A stretch of 64,000 nt of DNA, taken from assembly GCA_949292525.1 (NCBI GenBank), contig CASEZJ010000003.1, forward strand, positions 7,594 to 71,593, written 5' to 3'. How positions within the stretch are numbered: position 1 is the stretch's first letter; each line of letters begins with the position of its first letter. The stretch comes from an uncultured bacterium. GTDB taxonomy: Bacteria > Bacillota_I > Bacilli_A > Acholeplasmatales > Anaeroplasmataceae. This document shows, piece after piece, positions 53,083-61,512 of the stretch. The position numbers were made by a program, and so were the translations under genes. The notes beneath the pieces are model-generated. The model saw only the letters and a list, made by a program, of their open reading frames with translations. It was not told where the DNA came from and searched no databases.

Positions 53083-54822
53083 ATGTTTAGTTTTATTAAA
53101 AGCATGATGTGGTTTATCAAGAAAAACTGGTATTTTTATGTTGCTATTGTAATTGTAGGAATATCTATTAGTTTAGCTAATTTATTGCCAGCAACTATTA
53201 TTTCAAGTTTGACAGAAGCAATCACTAATGCAACTATTACTAAAGATTTTATTTTAAAAAACATATTATTATATTACTTATTAATAATGTTTTTAATCTA
53301 TTTAGTATCTACTACTAAAAGAGTTTTACAAAATCGTTTAAAAGTTCGCCTTTATTACGCTTTACAAGTTAGATATATGGAAAACATTTTAGTTCAAGAT
53401 GCAAGTTTCTTTGAACAATTCCAAGCCGGTGACCTTTTAACTAGAGCTTTAGGTGATGTTAAATCAGTTAATTTTAGTGGGTCAAACAGATTATTAAATA
53501 TATTTTTAGAATTTGTAACAATAGTGGTGACATTTATAGCTATGTTACTAATATCACCTACTTTAACGCTATTTAGTGTTATACCATTACCGATTATCTT
53601 TTTCTTTAATTTTTATTTAAAGAAAAAGGTTAAGAGAAATTGGAAAGAAGTCAGAGAAGAAGCTTCAAAAATGGGAAATGTGGTACTAGAAAGTATAACT
53701 AATGTAAGAACTATTAGAGCTTTCTCTAAAGAGGAAGAAAATTATCAAAAAAATATCGAATACTCAGACCGAGTTTATAAAATAGAGAGAAGAAACTTAA
53801 AATTAAATGTTGTTTTTCAACCTGTATTTAATAGTATAACAGCTGTTGCTACTATTATTGCCTATGCGGTTGGTAGTTTTTACATCTTAGATAAAGGTAT
53901 GGATATTGATTCTTTTGTTCAATTTACTATTTATTTAGGTATGTTTGCTTCGCCTTTGACTAATATAGGTAATTTATTAAATAATTTTTATCAAAGTTTA
54001 ATTTCAGCCGATCGTATAAATGAAGTTTATGATGCTAAATCAAAAGTTATCGATAGTTCTGATGCTAGCAATATTAATCATGTTGATAAAATTGAATTTA
54101 GAAATTTCAGTTTTAAATATGAAAATGATAATTTTTATGTTTTAAAAAATATTAATTTAACAATTAAAAAAGGTGAAACCTTAGGTATAGTTGGTAAAAC
54201 TGGTTCAGGTAAATCTACTTTAGTAAGACAATTAGTAAGACAATTACCAATTTGTAAGGGCGAACTTTTTATTAATGGCAAATTCATTGAAGACTTTAAT
54301 CAAGAAAGTGTTAGAAGTATGGTGTCATATGTTCCTCAAGAACATGTTTTATTTAGTAGATCAGTTTATCAAAACGTGGCTTTAGGAAAAGCTGATCAAA
54401 CTAGTGATGATGAAATAAGGCATGCGATTGAATTAGCTGATTTTGCTAAAGATATCGATGCACTACCTTATGGTTTAGATACCATTGTTGGTGAATATGG
54501 TGTTACCTTATCAGGTGGTCAAAAACAAAGATTAGCAATAGCTAGAGCATTTTTGAAAAATTCAGATATTCTAATATTAGATGATTCTTTATCGGCAGTT
54601 GATGGTTCAACTGAAGCTAACATTATTAACTCATTAAAAGAATACCGCAAGAATAAAACAAATATTATTGTTGCTCATAGATTAAGTGCAGTTATGGCAG
54701 CTGATCATATTATCGTTTTAGATGATGGTGTTATCATTGAAGAAGGAACGCATGAAGAGTTGATGCGATTAAAGGGTTGGTATTATCATCAATACCTATC
54801 TCAACAAATGGAGGAGGTATAG
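53083..54822 (+). CDS. ABC exporter (TMD-NBD half transporter), subunit with non-canonical catalytic residue
   Basis: It has 6 TM segments followed by an NBD with Walker A GKTGSGKST and signature LSGGQKQRLAIARA. Walker B is ILILDD, with Asp in place of the catalytic Glu. Confidence 0.85.
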   Translation: MFSFIKSMMWFIKKNWYFYVAIVIVGISISLANLLPATIISSLTEAITNATITKDFILKNILLYYLLIMFLIYLVSTTKRVLQNRLKVRLYYALQVRYMENILVQDASFFEQFQAGDLLTRALGDVKSVNFSGSNRLLNIFLEFVTIVVTFIAMLLISPTLTLFSVIPLPIIFFFNFYLKKKVKRNWKEVREEASKMGNVVLESITNVRTIRAFSKEEENYQKNIEYSDRVYKIERRNLKLNVVFQPVFNSITAVATIIAYAVGSFYILDKGMDIDSFVQFTIYLGMFASPLTNIGNLLNNFYQSLISADRINEVYDAKSKVIDSSDASNINHVDKIEFRNFSFKYENDNFYVLKNINLTIKKGETLGIVGKTGSGKSTLVRQLVRQLPICKGELFINGKFIEDFNQESVRSMVSYVPQEHVLFSRSVYQNVALGKADQTSDDEIRHAIELADFAKDIDALPYGLDTIVGEYGVTLSGGQKQRLAIARAFLKNSDILILDDSLSAVDGSTEANIINSLKEYRKNKTNIIVAHRLSAVMAADHIIVLDDGVIIEEGTHEELMRLKGWYYHQYLSQQMEEV

Positions 54823-54823
54823 T

Positions 54824-56632
54824 ATGGCTAAAAAGAATAAAGAATTAGTTTATGGTAAGTCTGAATTATTAAAGAAAACTATACCATATATCAAAAAGGA
54901 ATGGAAGACATTCTTAATTGCATTTTTGTTAGTGTTTGTAATAGCTTTTTTACAAACGTATACTCCTTTATTAACTAAAAGTATAATAGATGATTATATT
55001 TTAAATGAAACAATAACTAAAGCTGTTAAATATGAAGCGATTAGGAATTTGTTAATAATGTATGGTGTAATGACTTTAATCATGGTTGTTTCGCGTTATT
55101 TTATGCAATATTTTATGTCTTTAACTGGAATGAATATTGAAAGAAGATTACGTAATGATGCGATTAGAAAAATAGATTATTTACCAGTTGATTATTATTC
55201 ATTAGAACCAGATGGTAAAATAGTTTCTAAAATAACAAATGATAGTAATGGTGTTAGAGTCTTCTTTGAGACAATGTTTTCAATTTTTCAAGCTCTGATT
55301 AACATTGTAGTTGTTTATGTTGGTATTATTATTTTAATGCCTATGTTAGGATTAATATTATTAGTCTTAGTTCCAGTTCTTTTAATTTGGGTAACAATTT
55401 ATAGAAGAAGAGTTCATGGTTATTATCAAGATTTAAGAGAGACGGGTTCAAGAATAACTGGTAAATTAAATGAATTAATTACCGGAGCTTTAGTTATTCA
55501 AGATTTTAATCAAGAAGAAGCAATGTTAAATGACTATAAGGCTTTAGTTAATCGTTATAATTATAATGATAAAAAAGCCAATACAGTGGCTGCTTACTTT
55601 GGTTGGGAATTGTTAATGTTAATTAAAAGAATAGCTGAAGTATCTATCTTAGTTTATTTTGGTTTTAGATATTTTGAATTAGGTCCTACCGTTATAACAG
55701 TTGGTTTAATTACGACTTTTACAGATTATTTAACGCGAATGATTAATCCGGTTAATGCTATATTTAATAATTTAAATGAATTAGAAGATAGTATGGTAGG
55801 AGCAAATAGAGTATATCTCTTTATGGATGAAGCAAATGATACTAGAGTTTTAACAGGTGCTGAAGCTCCAACAGAAATTATTGGTAAGGTTGAATTTAAA
55901 GATGTATGGTTTGCCTACGTTAAAGGAAAACCAGTTTTAAAAGGAATTAATCTTAAAGTTGAAGCTGGTAAAAACATTGGAATAGTTGGCCATACAGGTT
56001 CAGGCAAATCAAGTTTAATGAATTTATTATTAGCATATAACGATTATGATAGTGGGCAAATCTTAGTAGATGGTGTAGATATTAAAACATATAATAAGCA
56101 AAGTTATAGACAAAACTTAGGTATAGTTTTACAAACCCCAGCTTTATTTGCCGGAACAATAAAGTCTAATTTAACTATGGAAAGAGATATATATCAAGAT
56201 GATGAAATAGAAAAAGTCTTAATTGAAGTAGGCGGTAAAGATTTATTAGCTAAATCAGAAAAAGGAATTTATTCACCTATTTCTTTTAGAGGTGAGAACT
56301 TATCACTTGGTGAAAAACAATTGATTTCTTTTGCTAGAATATTATTAAGAAATCCTAAAATATTAGTATTAGATGAAGCAACCGCAAACATAGATACAGA
56401 AACGGAAAATAAAATAAAACATGCTATGGACGTAGTGTGTAAAAATAGAACTACATTTATTATTGCTCACCGCTTATCAACCATTCGTGACAGTGACTTA
56501 ATTTTAGTGGTCAATGATGGTTTGATTGTGGAGCGTGGCTCGCATGAGGAATTGTTAGCTCAAGACGGGGCTTATGCGGCTTTATATCGCTCACAATTTA
56601 AGGCTAAAGAGCAAGAGGAAATGCAAAGTTAA
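54824..56632 (+). CDS. ABC exporter (TMD-NBD half transporter), partner subunit with a degenerate signature motif; the 3' end is compositionally foreign
   Basis: It has Walker A GHTGSGKSS, Walker B LVLDEATANID and H-loop AHRLSTI. The signature is degenerate (LSLGEKQ). The start lies 1 nt after the upstream stop. Confidence 0.85.
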   Translation: MAKKNKELVYGKSELLKKTIPYIKKEWKTFLIAFLLVFVIAFLQTYTPLLTKSIIDDYILNETITKAVKYEAIRNLLIMYGVMTLIMVVSRYFMQYFMSLTGMNIERRLRNDAIRKIDYLPVDYYSLEPDGKIVSKITNDSNGVRVFFETMFSIFQALINIVVVYVGIIILMPMLGLILLVLVPVLLIWVTIYRRRVHGYYQDLRETGSRITGKLNELITGALVIQDFNQEEAMLNDYKALVNRYNYNDKKANTVAAYFGWELLMLIKRIAEVSILVYFGFRYFELGPTVITVGLITTFTDYLTRMINPVNAIFNNLNELEDSMVGANRVYLFMDEANDTRVLTGAEAPTEIIGKVEFKDVWFAYVKGKPVLKGINLKVEAGKNIGIVGHTGSGKSSLMNLLLAYNDYDSGQILVDGVDIKTYNKQSYRQNLGIVLQTPALFAGTIKSNLTMERDIYQDDEIEKVLIEVGGKDLLAKSEKGIYSPISFRGENLSLGEKQLISFARILLRNPKILVLDEATANIDTETENKIKHAMDVVCKNRTTFIIAHRLSTIRDSDLILVVNDGLIVERGSHEELLAQDGAYAALYRSQFKAKEQEEMQS

Positions 56633-56710
56633 GCCTTTAAAAAAATCTAAATTCACTGCGCTTTAAGAGTAACTTTAGGGTAAAATAGCGCAAATTTTTA
56701 ACCTTAACTT

Positions 56711-56765
56711 CCCTTAAGCTGGGACTTTCTAAAAGAAAGCCCTTAGGGTTGTTTTAATTTTTTTA
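56711..56765 (+). terminator. candidate terminator downstream of the ABC pair
   Basis: An imperfect hairpin GGGACTTTC-TAAAA-GAAAGCCC sits within outer CCCTTAAG/CTTAGGG pairing. T-rich sequence (TTGTTTTAATTTTTTT) follows. Confidence 0.4.
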
Positions 56766-56779
56766 TCGAGGTAAAGGCC

Positions 56780-57373
56780 ATGGGAGCGACTTCTACCGAA
56801 CAGTCATTTGCTCTTTTAAAAGAACGTATTTTAAAAGATGGTAAGTGTTTGCCAGGTGGCATTTTAAAGGTTGATAGTTTTATAAACCATCAAATCGATC
56901 CAACTTTACTGCGCGCTATGAGCGTGGAGTTTGTAAAGCGCTTTAGCGATGTTGAGATCAATAAGATTTTAACTATTGAAGCCTCAGGAATTGCACCTGC
57001 GGTAGTGCTTGGTATGTTACTTGATGTACCGGTTGTTTTTGCAAAGAAGAAAAAACCGTCGACAATGGATAATATGCTAACCACTGAAGTTTTCTCCTTT
57101 ACCAAAAATACCTCCTACACCGTCTGCGTCAGCAGTGATTTTCTCTGCCCTCAAGATAAGATCCTCTTTATAGATGACTTTTTAGCCAACGGTAATGCCG
57201 CTAAGGGTATGATCGATTTAATTAAACAAGCTAATGCCACATTAGTTGGCATGGGCTTTTTAATTGAAAAGGCTTTCCAAGAGGGGGGTAAATATTTGCG
57301 TGCAGCAGGTATTAGGGTCGAGTCTTTAGCCTTAATTGACAGTCTCGATAATTGCCAAATCAAGGTACGCTAA
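56780..57373 (+). CDS. xpt: xanthine phosphoribosyltransferase
   Basis: It matches Xpt well ([30 protein letters not shown]..., [11 protein letters not shown]) and has the PRPP motif [14 protein letters not shown]. The RBS is GAGGTAAAGG. Confidence 0.9.
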   Translation: MGATSTEQSFALLKERILKDGKCLPGGILKVDSFINHQIDPTLLRAMSVEFVKRFSDVEINKILTIEASGIAPAVVLGMLLDVPVVFAKKKKPSTMDNMLTTEVFSFTKNTSYTVCVSSDFLCPQDKILFIDDFLANGNAAKGMIDLIKQANATLVGMGFLIEKAFQEGGKYLRAAGIRVESLALIDSLDNCQIKVR

Positions 57374-57375
57374 TA

Positions 57376-58725
57376 ATGCAAAATACCCAAGAAACTATTA
57401 CCGCAGAACAAAAGTCTGAGTTAATTTATGGCCTTGAAGATCGTCCTCCTTTCAGGGACACCTTCTTTGCCGCCTTGCAGCATTTGCTTGCAATTTTCGT
57501 GGCGATCATCACTCCGCCACTTATTATTGCAGGCGCGCTCAATCTTGACTTAGCTACCACTTCCTTCTTAGTCTCAATGGCACTTTTTGCCTCAGGTATT
57601 TCTACCTTTATTCAATGTAAAAGAGTAGGGCCTTTAGGTTGTGGTCTTCTGTGTATTCAAGGTACCTCTTTCTCATTCATCTCACCTATCATAAGTGCAG
57701 GTTTAACTGGCGGCCTTTCATCTATCTTTGGTGCTGTCATTGCAGGATCAGTGGTGGAGATGGGAATTTCCCGCGCCCTTAAATATACAAGACGTATTAT
57801 CACCCCATTAGTTTCAGGTATCGTGGTAACTTTAATTGGTATGTCCTTAATTAAAGTTGGTATCACTGCCTGTGGCGGTGGTTTTGGCGCGATGGAAGAT
57901 GGCACTTTTGGCTCCTTGCAAAACGTAGGTATTGCAGCTTTAGTTTTAATCTCCATTTTAATTTTTAATAGAAGCTCAAATCGCTATTTGCGCATGAGCT
58001 CCATTGTCATTGGCCTGGCTATTGGCTATGCAGTATCCTTTGCTTTGGGGATGGTAGATTTTTCAAGTGTGGAAAGCTATGGTGGTTTAAATGTGCCACT
58101 TCCTTTTAAATATGGCATTTCTTTTGATATTTCAGCCATCATCGGTTTAGGTATTGTCTATTTAATCACCGCCATTGAAGCTTATGGTGATATTACCGCA
58201 AATAGCTTAATTTCAGGTGAGCCAGTCTCTGGTGAGAAGTTTATTAAGCGCGCCTCAGGGGGTATTTTAGCCGATGGCTTTAATTCCATGCTCGCAGGTG
58301 TTTTAAACTCCTTCCCAAATTCTGTTTTCGCTCAAAACAATGGCATGATCCAATTAACCGGTGTAGCCTCACGCTATGTAGGTTTCTTTATTGCCGTCTT
58401 CTTACTCTTATTAGGCATTTTCCCAGCCGTAGGTTTAGTCTTCTCCTTAATGCCAGAGCCGGTATTAGGGGGTGCTACTTTATTAATGTTTGGTACCGTA
58501 GCTGCCGCTGGAATTAGAATTATTGCCTCACAGAAGATCAATCGTAAAGCTACCTTAGTGATGGCTTTATCCTTCTCAATTGGTCTTTCAGTTGAGTTAG
58601 TGCCACAGATCTTACAGCAATTACCTGAAGTTATTCGTGGTATTTTCTCATCTGGCATCACCGCAGGTGGTGTGACTGCCATTTTATCTAATTTCTTAAT
58701 TAGAATTAAAGGCGAAGAGTATTAA
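57376..58725 (+). CDS. pbuX: xanthine/uracil permease (NCS2 family)
   Basis: It is a polytopic NCS2-type protein (LQHLLAIFVAIITPPLII, NNGMIQLTGVASRYVG) and forms an operon with xpt. I set the start at the ATG at 57376, 2 nt after the xpt stop; the track start overlaps xpt. Confidence 0.8.
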   Translation: MQNTQETITAEQKSELIYGLEDRPPFRDTFFAALQHLLAIFVAIITPPLIIAGALNLDLATTSFLVSMALFASGISTFIQCKRVGPLGCGLLCIQGTSFSFISPIISAGLTGGLSSIFGAVIAGSVVEMGISRALKYTRRIITPLVSGIVVTLIGMSLIKVGITACGGGFGAMEDGTFGSLQNVGIAALVLISILIFNRSSNRYLRMSSIVIGLAIGYAVSFALGMVDFSSVESYGGLNVPLPFKYGISFDISAIIGLGIVYLITAIEAYGDITANSLISGEPVSGEKFIKRASGGILADGFNSMLAGVLNSFPNSVFAQNNGMIQLTGVASRYVGFFIAVFLLLLGIFPAVGLVFSLMPEPVLGGATLLMFGTVAAAGIRIIASQKINRKATLVMALSFSIGLSVELVPQILQQLPEVIRGIFSSGITAGGVTAILSNFLIRIKGEEY

Positions 58726-58743
58726 GCAAAGAAGTCCTCTTAA

Positions 58744-58764
58744 CTGCCCAAGTGCTTTGGGCAG
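58744..58764. terminator. hairpin between convergent pbuX and the DUF805 gene
   Basis: The hairpin is CTGCCCAA-GTGCT-TTGGGCAG. There is no clean T-run on the plus strand. Confidence 0.35.
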
Positions 58765-58778
58765 TACTAAAAAAACGC

Positions 58779-59345
58779 CTATTCCTTGCGATTAGTAAAT
58801 TTAAAGGGATTTTGGCGTTTTATTTTATCTTTAACCTCCTCAAAACGCTTTAAAGCCTCCTGAGCCTTATCTTTTTCTGTGTCTTCTTGGTTTGTCTCTT
58901 GCAGAGGATCAGCACCATACTGATTTTCACCTGCGGTACCAGGCTTTTGCATCAAAAAGAGAAAGGCCAAAAAGAAAAAGGCAAAGCCTAAGGCTGCATA
59001 AAAGCAAGCCTCCACAATTTTTTCATCTTGTAAGCGCAAGGCTAAATCGCCAAAGACCACAATTAAAATGGCCAAAAGAAGTGGCATTAAGATGATCGCC
59101 CCTTTTAGGTTTAGATCATGTAAACGGCGCACCCCGACACAAACTAATGGGCACAGTAGGATAATAAAACTTAGTGCAAAGATAAGATCACCTACGATTG
59201 GAATAAAGCGACTTATAGCAAAGATTAAACTTTGGGTAATTACAAAAAAGAGGGCAAAAGACCAAAATTCAAAACGCGAGGCACGCCCTGAAATGCGGTA
59301 AAAGCGCTCTTTTAGGCATAAGAGGATACTGTCTTTAAACTGCAT
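58779..59345 (-). CDS. DUF805-family inner membrane protein
   Basis: The N-terminal motif is RISGRASRFEFWSFALFF. It has 4-5 TM segments and a charged C-terminal tail. Confidence 0.7.
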   Translation of the reverse strand: MQFKDSILLCLKERFYRISGRASRFEFWSFALFFVITQSLIFAISRFIPIVGDLIFALSFIILLCPLVCVGVRRLHDLNLKGAIILMPLLLAILIVVFGDLALRLQDEKIVEACFYAALGFAFFFLAFLFLMQKPGTAGENQYGADPLQETNQEDTEKDKAQEALKRFEEVKDKIKRQNPFKFTNRKE

Positions 59346-59383
59346 AAAACATCCATCATTTAAAAATTAAGGCTTAATTTTAC

Positions 59384-59411
59384 AAAAAAAGCCCCACCTT
59401 TAAGGTGGGGG
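59384..59411 (-). terminator. rho-independent terminator of the GH13 gene
   Basis: Read on the minus strand, the hairpin is CCCCACC-TTAAA-GGTGGGG, then C and TTTTTTT. Confidence 0.7.
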
Positions 59412-59439
59412 TAAGTTAAACTTTGAAAAATTTTTGCCC

Positions 59440-61500
59440 TTAGGCTTTAGCTTGATTGTTTACAATCACCGTGGAGCGGGCGGGGATGGTTAAAGTTTTG
59501 CCTTGGGTTAACTCTTTGATAAATTTTTCTTGGAACTCATCTGAACTCATAGTTAAACCAAAGCTGTAAACCTTTAAATCCTCACGGGCTAAAAGCTCAT
59601 ATAAAGCCTCTAAGCCTTCACCATGATCGGTGCGGCGAACATTACGTCCGGAAAGTGGAATTAACAAAGACTCACCTGTATCTTCACTATCATCTTGGCC
59701 TTCAAGATCGGTTGGAAGATATAAGGCCGCTAATAGCGGTAAGAGCATCGATCCTTGATCTATCTTTATGGCCTGTCTTGCCACATTGACTAAGACTAAG
59801 GAGAAGCGATTGTTATAGAGGCGAATAAAGCCAAAGTGCGCACCACCTGAGGTAATAAAGACTTGTGAGCCATAGGTTAAAGCCTCATTAGAGCGTCTTA
59901 TCGCGGCAAGTTCATGTAAAGCATTTTGGATCTTTGCAGAATAGGGGCTTACATGATGATCGCGCATGGCCTCAAAAGGAAGTGGGGATCTTGGCTGAAT
60001 TTCGTATTGATTAATAGCATCGCCCAACTCATCGCCTTGATAGATACAAGGTATGCCTCTCCAGGTATATAAAGTGGCTAAGGCTGCTAAATAAAGTGAT
60101 TTCTCACCGCCTATGATGCTATAAAAGCGCGGGAGATCATGATTGTCTAATTGATTGATAAGACAAATTTTAACCTGCTGTGCCATACCCACTGAATAAT
60201 TTTCACAGGTGCGACGCAAATCTTCACCAGTATACGGGGTAGGATCACCGGTTAAATTAACCCCACCAAAGAAAGCGCGAATAGGACTTAAAAAGCCAGT
60301 ATAATTAATGGCACCGTCTAAATTATTATCGGTATTTAGAGCATAGCGGCCATCTGAGGGGAAGTCACCAATTAATAAGGTATCCTCGCGCACCGATCTT
60401 GCCTGCTCGCACATTTGCTTTAAGCGTCTTACATTATTTAAAGAAGTACCCTCATCACCTACTTGTGAGGCGGCATCAATACACCAACCATCAATACCAT
60501 AAGGGACTCTTAAATACTTTTTAATAACGCTATTGTGCCCTTTATACATGCTATGGCGCACAGCTTTTGAGCCATAGTTTAATTTAGGATTAGTGGGGAT
60601 ATTGCGATAGTAATAGGCATCATCATTGCCTTTGAAGCTATAAAAATCCCGATAGGGTGAATCCTTGTGATGGCGTGCCCCCTTACCGGTACGCTCTTGT
60701 CTGTCAAACCAGGGGTGATTATCTCCGGTATGATTAAAAGGTGCATTTAAAATCAAGCGCATCTCATAACTAAAGGAGTTCATGCGCAGACGCTTTAGCG
60801 CACCATTGCCTCCAAAGTGCGAGTCAATGACATCATAGTCTTCGACATCATACTTATTAGGTGAGGTGGCTTTGAAAATTGGGGTGAGATATATACCATC
60901 AAAGCCCATGCCACGGATATAAGGGAGCATGTTGGAAATACCATCAAGATCACCCCCACAATGCACTTCATCTAAATCCTTATATTCAAAGGAGTCATTG
61001 TGAATTGGGGTGTCTGCTGCATAGTGAGTGGCATCAATGGTGAAATAGCCTTTAGAGCTTGCAAATCTATCGGGGAAGATTTGATATAAAATCAAATCTT
61101 TAACCCAAGATGGGTGCACATCATTTAGTTCAAAGGCAAAGCAGTGTTGCAGTAAAGGCGGCTCACGTGACATACCAAGGGAGCTGTACCAGACCACATC
61201 AATGGTTTCTTGCTTGTCATTTAAAAGGGCAATCTTAAAGCTATAGCGCTGTAAGTTTGCACCTTCATCTAAAGGAATTTGCGCCACAAAACGGTGAATT
61301 CCAGCTTTAGATCCGGTATAGAGCATATCAACTCGCACCGGCTCATTTTGCGGGAAAGCCACAAGCTTGGCGCTTAAACGTTTAGGACTTGCACCGCGTA
61401 CAAAAAGCACTGTGAACTTATGATTGTCACCTGGTGCTGTACAGGTGTGAAAGCATTGAAACGGAAGGTTGGTCCTCGGTGATGAAGTGTTTTGCCGCAT
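59440..61500 (-). CDS. GH13 alpha-amylase-family enzyme (maltodextrin glucosidase MalZ-like)
   Basis: It has LILYQIFPDRFASS, GFDGIYLTPIF, DGWCIDAASQV and QLDNHDLPRF (GH13 conserved regions). The N-terminal domain layout resembles E. coli MalZ. The exact start is uncertain. Confidence 0.8.
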   Translation of the reverse strand: MRQNTSSPRTNLPFQCFHTCTAPGDNHKFTVLFVRGASPKRLSAKLVAFPQNEPVRVDMLYTGSKAGIHRFVAQIPLDEGANLQRYSFKIALLNDKQETIDVVWYSSLGMSREPPLLQHCFAFELNDVHPSWVKDLILYQIFPDRFASSKGYFTIDATHYAADTPIHNDSFEYKDLDEVHCGGDLDGISNMLPYIRGMGFDGIYLTPIFKATSPNKYDVEDYDVIDSHFGGNGALKRLRMNSFSYEMRLILNAPFNHTGDNHPWFDRQERTGKGARHHKDSPYRDFYSFKGNDDAYYYRNIPTNPKLNYGSKAVRHSMYKGHNSVIKKYLRVPYGIDGWCIDAASQVGDEGTSLNNVRRLKQMCEQARSVREDTLLIGDFPSDGRYALNTDNNLDGAINYTGFLSPIRAFFGGVNLTGDPTPYTGEDLRRTCENYSVGMAQQVKICLINQLDNHDLPRFYSIIGGEKSLYLAALATLYTWRGIPCIYQGDELGDAINQYEIQPRSPLPFEAMRDHHVSPYSAKIQNALHELAAIRRSNEALTYGSQVFITSGGAHFGFIRLYNNRFSLVLVNVARQAIKIDQGSMLLPLLAALYLPTDLEGQDDSEDTGESLLIPLSGRNVRRTDHGEGLEALYELLAREDLKVYSFGLTMSSDEFQEKFIKELTQGKTLTIPARSTVIVNNQAKA

Positions 61501-61512
61501 ACTTATCCTGCC

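Noticed and set aside
1-56460. Mycoplasma/Spiroplasma genetic code (UGA = Trp) for the AT-rich block.
   Set aside because: All long genes are open under the standard code with Trp encoded by TGG. TGA is demonstrably used as a stop (KVKAR-TGA at 21836-21838, overlapping the next start).
56633-56779. A purine (guanine/xanthine) riboswitch upstream of xpt-pbuX.
   Set aside because: I looked for the conserved core (UAUAAU...UUUCUACC...CCGUAAA...CUGACUAUG type) and could not find it. The only TTCTACCG lies inside the xpt coding sequence. An Infernal scan would be decisive.
56300-56800. Mobile-element hallmarks (tRNA target, integrase, IS ends, direct repeats) at the compositional boundary.
   Set aside because: I could see none. 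The junction lies within a continuous ORF, so it cannot be called a classical genomic island or transposon insertion from this window.
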